From an uncultured Schlesneria sp. (GTDB lineage Bacteria; Planctomycetota; Planctomycetia; Planctomycetales; Planctomycetaceae), in contig CAIQIR010000096.1 of NCBI GenBank assembly GCA_903871875.1, positions 46,185 through 70,184 of the forward strand: DNA of 24,000 nucleotides. The letters are read 5' to 3'. Positions 22,290-24,000 of this stretch are shown here, one piece after another. The notes below the pieces were generated by a model. The model had not been told where the DNA came from. It ran no database searches and saw only the letters and a list, made by a program, of their open reading frames with translations. The position numbers were made by a program, and so were the translations under genes. Numbering within the stretch: position 1 is the stretch's first letter; every line of letters begins with the position of its first letter.

Positions 22290-24000
22290 ATGACGCTCCG
22301 CTGTTGTTCGATCCCGCTCTGGGCCTGTCTGGCCTTGAGCCTGGCCGATGTGCTCGTCGCGGCCGATTCGTTCGTTGTCACTCCCGCCGAAGTCGCGCTG
22401 TCCGGAAACTTTTCACAGACGCAGTTGCTGGTTGCGGCGACGACTGACGCTTCGCAAAAAATGACGGCCGAAGATCTGACTCGACGAGTCACCTATGTCT
22501 CGGCGAATGAGCAGGTGGCGACGGTGACGTCGACGGGGCGTCTGTTTCCTCGCGGTGATGGGACGACCGAGATCGCGGTGCGACGGGGCGACGACACGAC
22601 CCTGGTGAAGGTCACCGTCACGGGCGTCGTGGCCGAACCGGTGATTGATTATCTCGATCAGATCCGCCCGGCGCTCTACAAAGCCGGCTGCAATATGGGC
22701 GCCTGTCATGCGGCCCAGCATGGCCAGGGTGGTTTCAAACTGTCGGTGTTCGGGTTCGATCCTCCGGCCGATCATGCGGCGATGGTCCGCGAGAACTTTG
22801 GTCGTCGCATCAACCCGCTGGATCCGTCCGCCAGCCTGTTGTTGCGGAAGCCGACCTTGCAGGTGCCGCACGGGGGTGGGCATCGATTGGATGTCGGTTC
22901 GCGCGATTATGAGTTGCTGGCGACCTGGATTCGGAACGGAGCACCCGGCCCCGGTACCGAGCGACCGATCGCCAGGCTGATTGTCACGCCCAGTCAACGC
23001 ATCAGCGAACCCGGGCAAACACAGCAGCTGCGAGTCGAAGCGGTGTATGCCGATGGCGGTACAAGAGACGTCACCGCCTGGGCGAAATTCGATTCGATGG
23101 ACGGCGGTCTCGTGGGGGTCACTCCCGACGGATTCTGTTCGGTCACGGGACGTGGTCAGGCACCAGTCATGGTGCGATTCGCCGGGCAGGCCGACATCGC
23201 GATGTTCGTCGTCCCGTATGGATCGCCGGCCCAACTCGACGGCTGGAAGAACAACAACTTCATCGACGAACTGGCCGCGAACAAGTTTCGAGAACTGGGG
23301 ATCGAGCCGTCGCCGCTGTGTGATGACGCCACCTTCCTGCGCCGGATCTTCCTGGACGCCACCGGCACCTTGCCGACACGAGACGAAATCGACGAGTTCC
23401 TGACCCAGGCCCGGAATCCGGCACCGGGCGTTGACGTGCGAGCCGAATGGATCGATCGCTTGCTGGGCTATCTCGATTCGCCCCAACAGGGGCTTTACAA
23501 CGAACGCTATGCCGCCTACTGGACGCTGAAGTGGTCGGATCTGATCCGCAACAACAGTCGCGATCTGCAAGAGACCGGCATGTGGGCTCTGCACAATTGG
23601 ATCAAGGGAGCCTTTCGCCAGAATCTGTCGTTCGACAAGTTCGTCTCGCAACTGGTGCAGGGCAAAGGTTCGAACTTTTCGAACGGACCGGCCAACTACT
23701 TCATCGTAAACGGCACGCCGCAAGTGCTGGCCGAATCGACATCGCAGCTGTTTCTGGGCACTCGACTGACGTGTGCTCAATGTCATCATCACCCCTTCGA
23801 AAAATATAGTCAGGACGACTACTACAGTTTCGCCGCGTTTTTTGCCCGCACCGGTCTGAAGTCCAGCCAGGAATTCGGCATGTTCGGCGGCGAACGCGTC
23901 GTCATCATTCGCACCGGCGGCGAAGTGCATCAGCCCCGCTCGGGAAAGCAGATGCAGCCCAAGCCGCTGGATGCCGACGCCGTCGATCATCCGCTCGACC
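22290..24000 (+). CDS. DUF1549/DUF1553 (PSCyt2/PSD1) protein with Ig-like (Big_2-type) domains and a C-x4-CH motif; the 3' end lies beyond the window
   Basis: Absent from the ORF track because it has no in-window stop. Hand translation from the ATG at 22290: MTLRCCSIPLWACLALSLADVLVAADS... (signal peptide), YKAGCNMGACHAAQHGQGGFKLSVFG, the DUF1549 core FIDELAANKFRELGIEPSPLCDDATFLRRIFLDATGTLPTRDEIDEF, and the DUF1553 motif CAQCHHHPFEKYSQDDYYSFAAFF. Confidence 0.9.
   Translation, partial: MTLRCCSIPLWACLALSLADVLVAADSFVVTPAEVALSGNFSQTQLLVAATTDASQKMTAEDLTRRVTYVSANEQVATVTSTGRLFPRGDGTTEIAVRRGDDTTLVKVTVTGVVAEPVIDYLDQIRPALYKAGCNMGACHAAQHGQGGFKLSVFGFDPPADHAAMVRENFGRRINPLDPSASLLLRKPTLQVPHGGGHRLDVGSRDYELLATWIRNGAPGPGTERPIARLIVTPSQRISEPGQTQQLRVEAVYADGGTRDVTAWAKFDSMDGGLVGVTPDGFCSVTGRGQAPVMVRFAGQADIAMFVVPYGSPAQLDGWKNNNFIDELAANKFRELGIEPSPLCDDATFLRRIFLDATGTLPTRDEIDEFLTQARNPAPGVDVRAEWIDRLLGYLDSPQQGLYNERYAAYWTLKWSDLIRNNSRDLQETGMWALHNWIKGAFRQNLSFDKFVSQLVQGKGSNFSNGPANYFIVNGTPQVLAESTSQLFLGTRLTCAQCHHHPFEKYSQDDYYSFAAFFARTGLKSSQEFGMFGGERVVIIRTGGEVHQPRSGKQMQPKPLDADAVDHPLD

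Noticed and set aside
22413-23990. 525-aa minus-strand ORF
   Set aside because: It is codon-aligned antisense to the DUF1549/DUF1553 gene, which the track omits because it has no in-window stop. The product is Arg-rich and low in information, while the plus strand shows the classical DUF1549 and DUF1553 motifs.

Overview
The window looks like an ordinary chromosomal segment from a Planctomycetota-like genome. The evidence is a Tat-signal DUF1501 protein, a DUF1549/DUF1553 protein, a secreted Cys-type sulfatase, a WD40 propeller, several GTG/TTG starts and mostly weak Shine-Dalgarno signals. I support 19 protein-coding genes. Two run off the window edges and are missing from the supplied ORF track, which only lists ORFs with an in-window stop; I recovered both by hand translation: a sulfatase on the minus strand at 1-1216 and a DUF1549/DUF1553 protein on the plus strand from 22290. 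Gene order: sulfatase, trmB, FabZ-like dehydratase, WD40 (all minus), DUF1501 (minus), IGHMBP2/Upf1-like SF1 helicase overlapping a canonical Nudix gene (plus), LysM membrane protein (minus), ABC exporter with an extra N-terminal domain (plus), COG4112-type Nudix-like phosphoesterase (plus), a secreted hypothetical (plus), a small hypothetical and a 4-TM/acidic hypothetical (minus), cytosolic GH144-like glucoamylase-family protein (minus), gamma-glutamyltransferase (plus), Tat-secreted metallophosphoesterase (plus), PaaK-like ligase and xseB (minus), DUF1549/DUF1553 (plus). I saw no rRNA, tRNA, CRISPR array, transposase/integrase or recognisable toxin-antitoxin or defence module. I found no convincing novel system. 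The best leads are the helicase-Nudix pair, whose stop and start codons overlap, the uncharacterised gene trio at 13.0-15.1 kb, the PH-like extension on the ABC exporter, the xseB-ligase operon, two strong intergenic hairpins, a perfect 18-bp tandem duplication and two long ORF-free intergenic regions. All functional calls come from motif recognition by eye; no database search was run.
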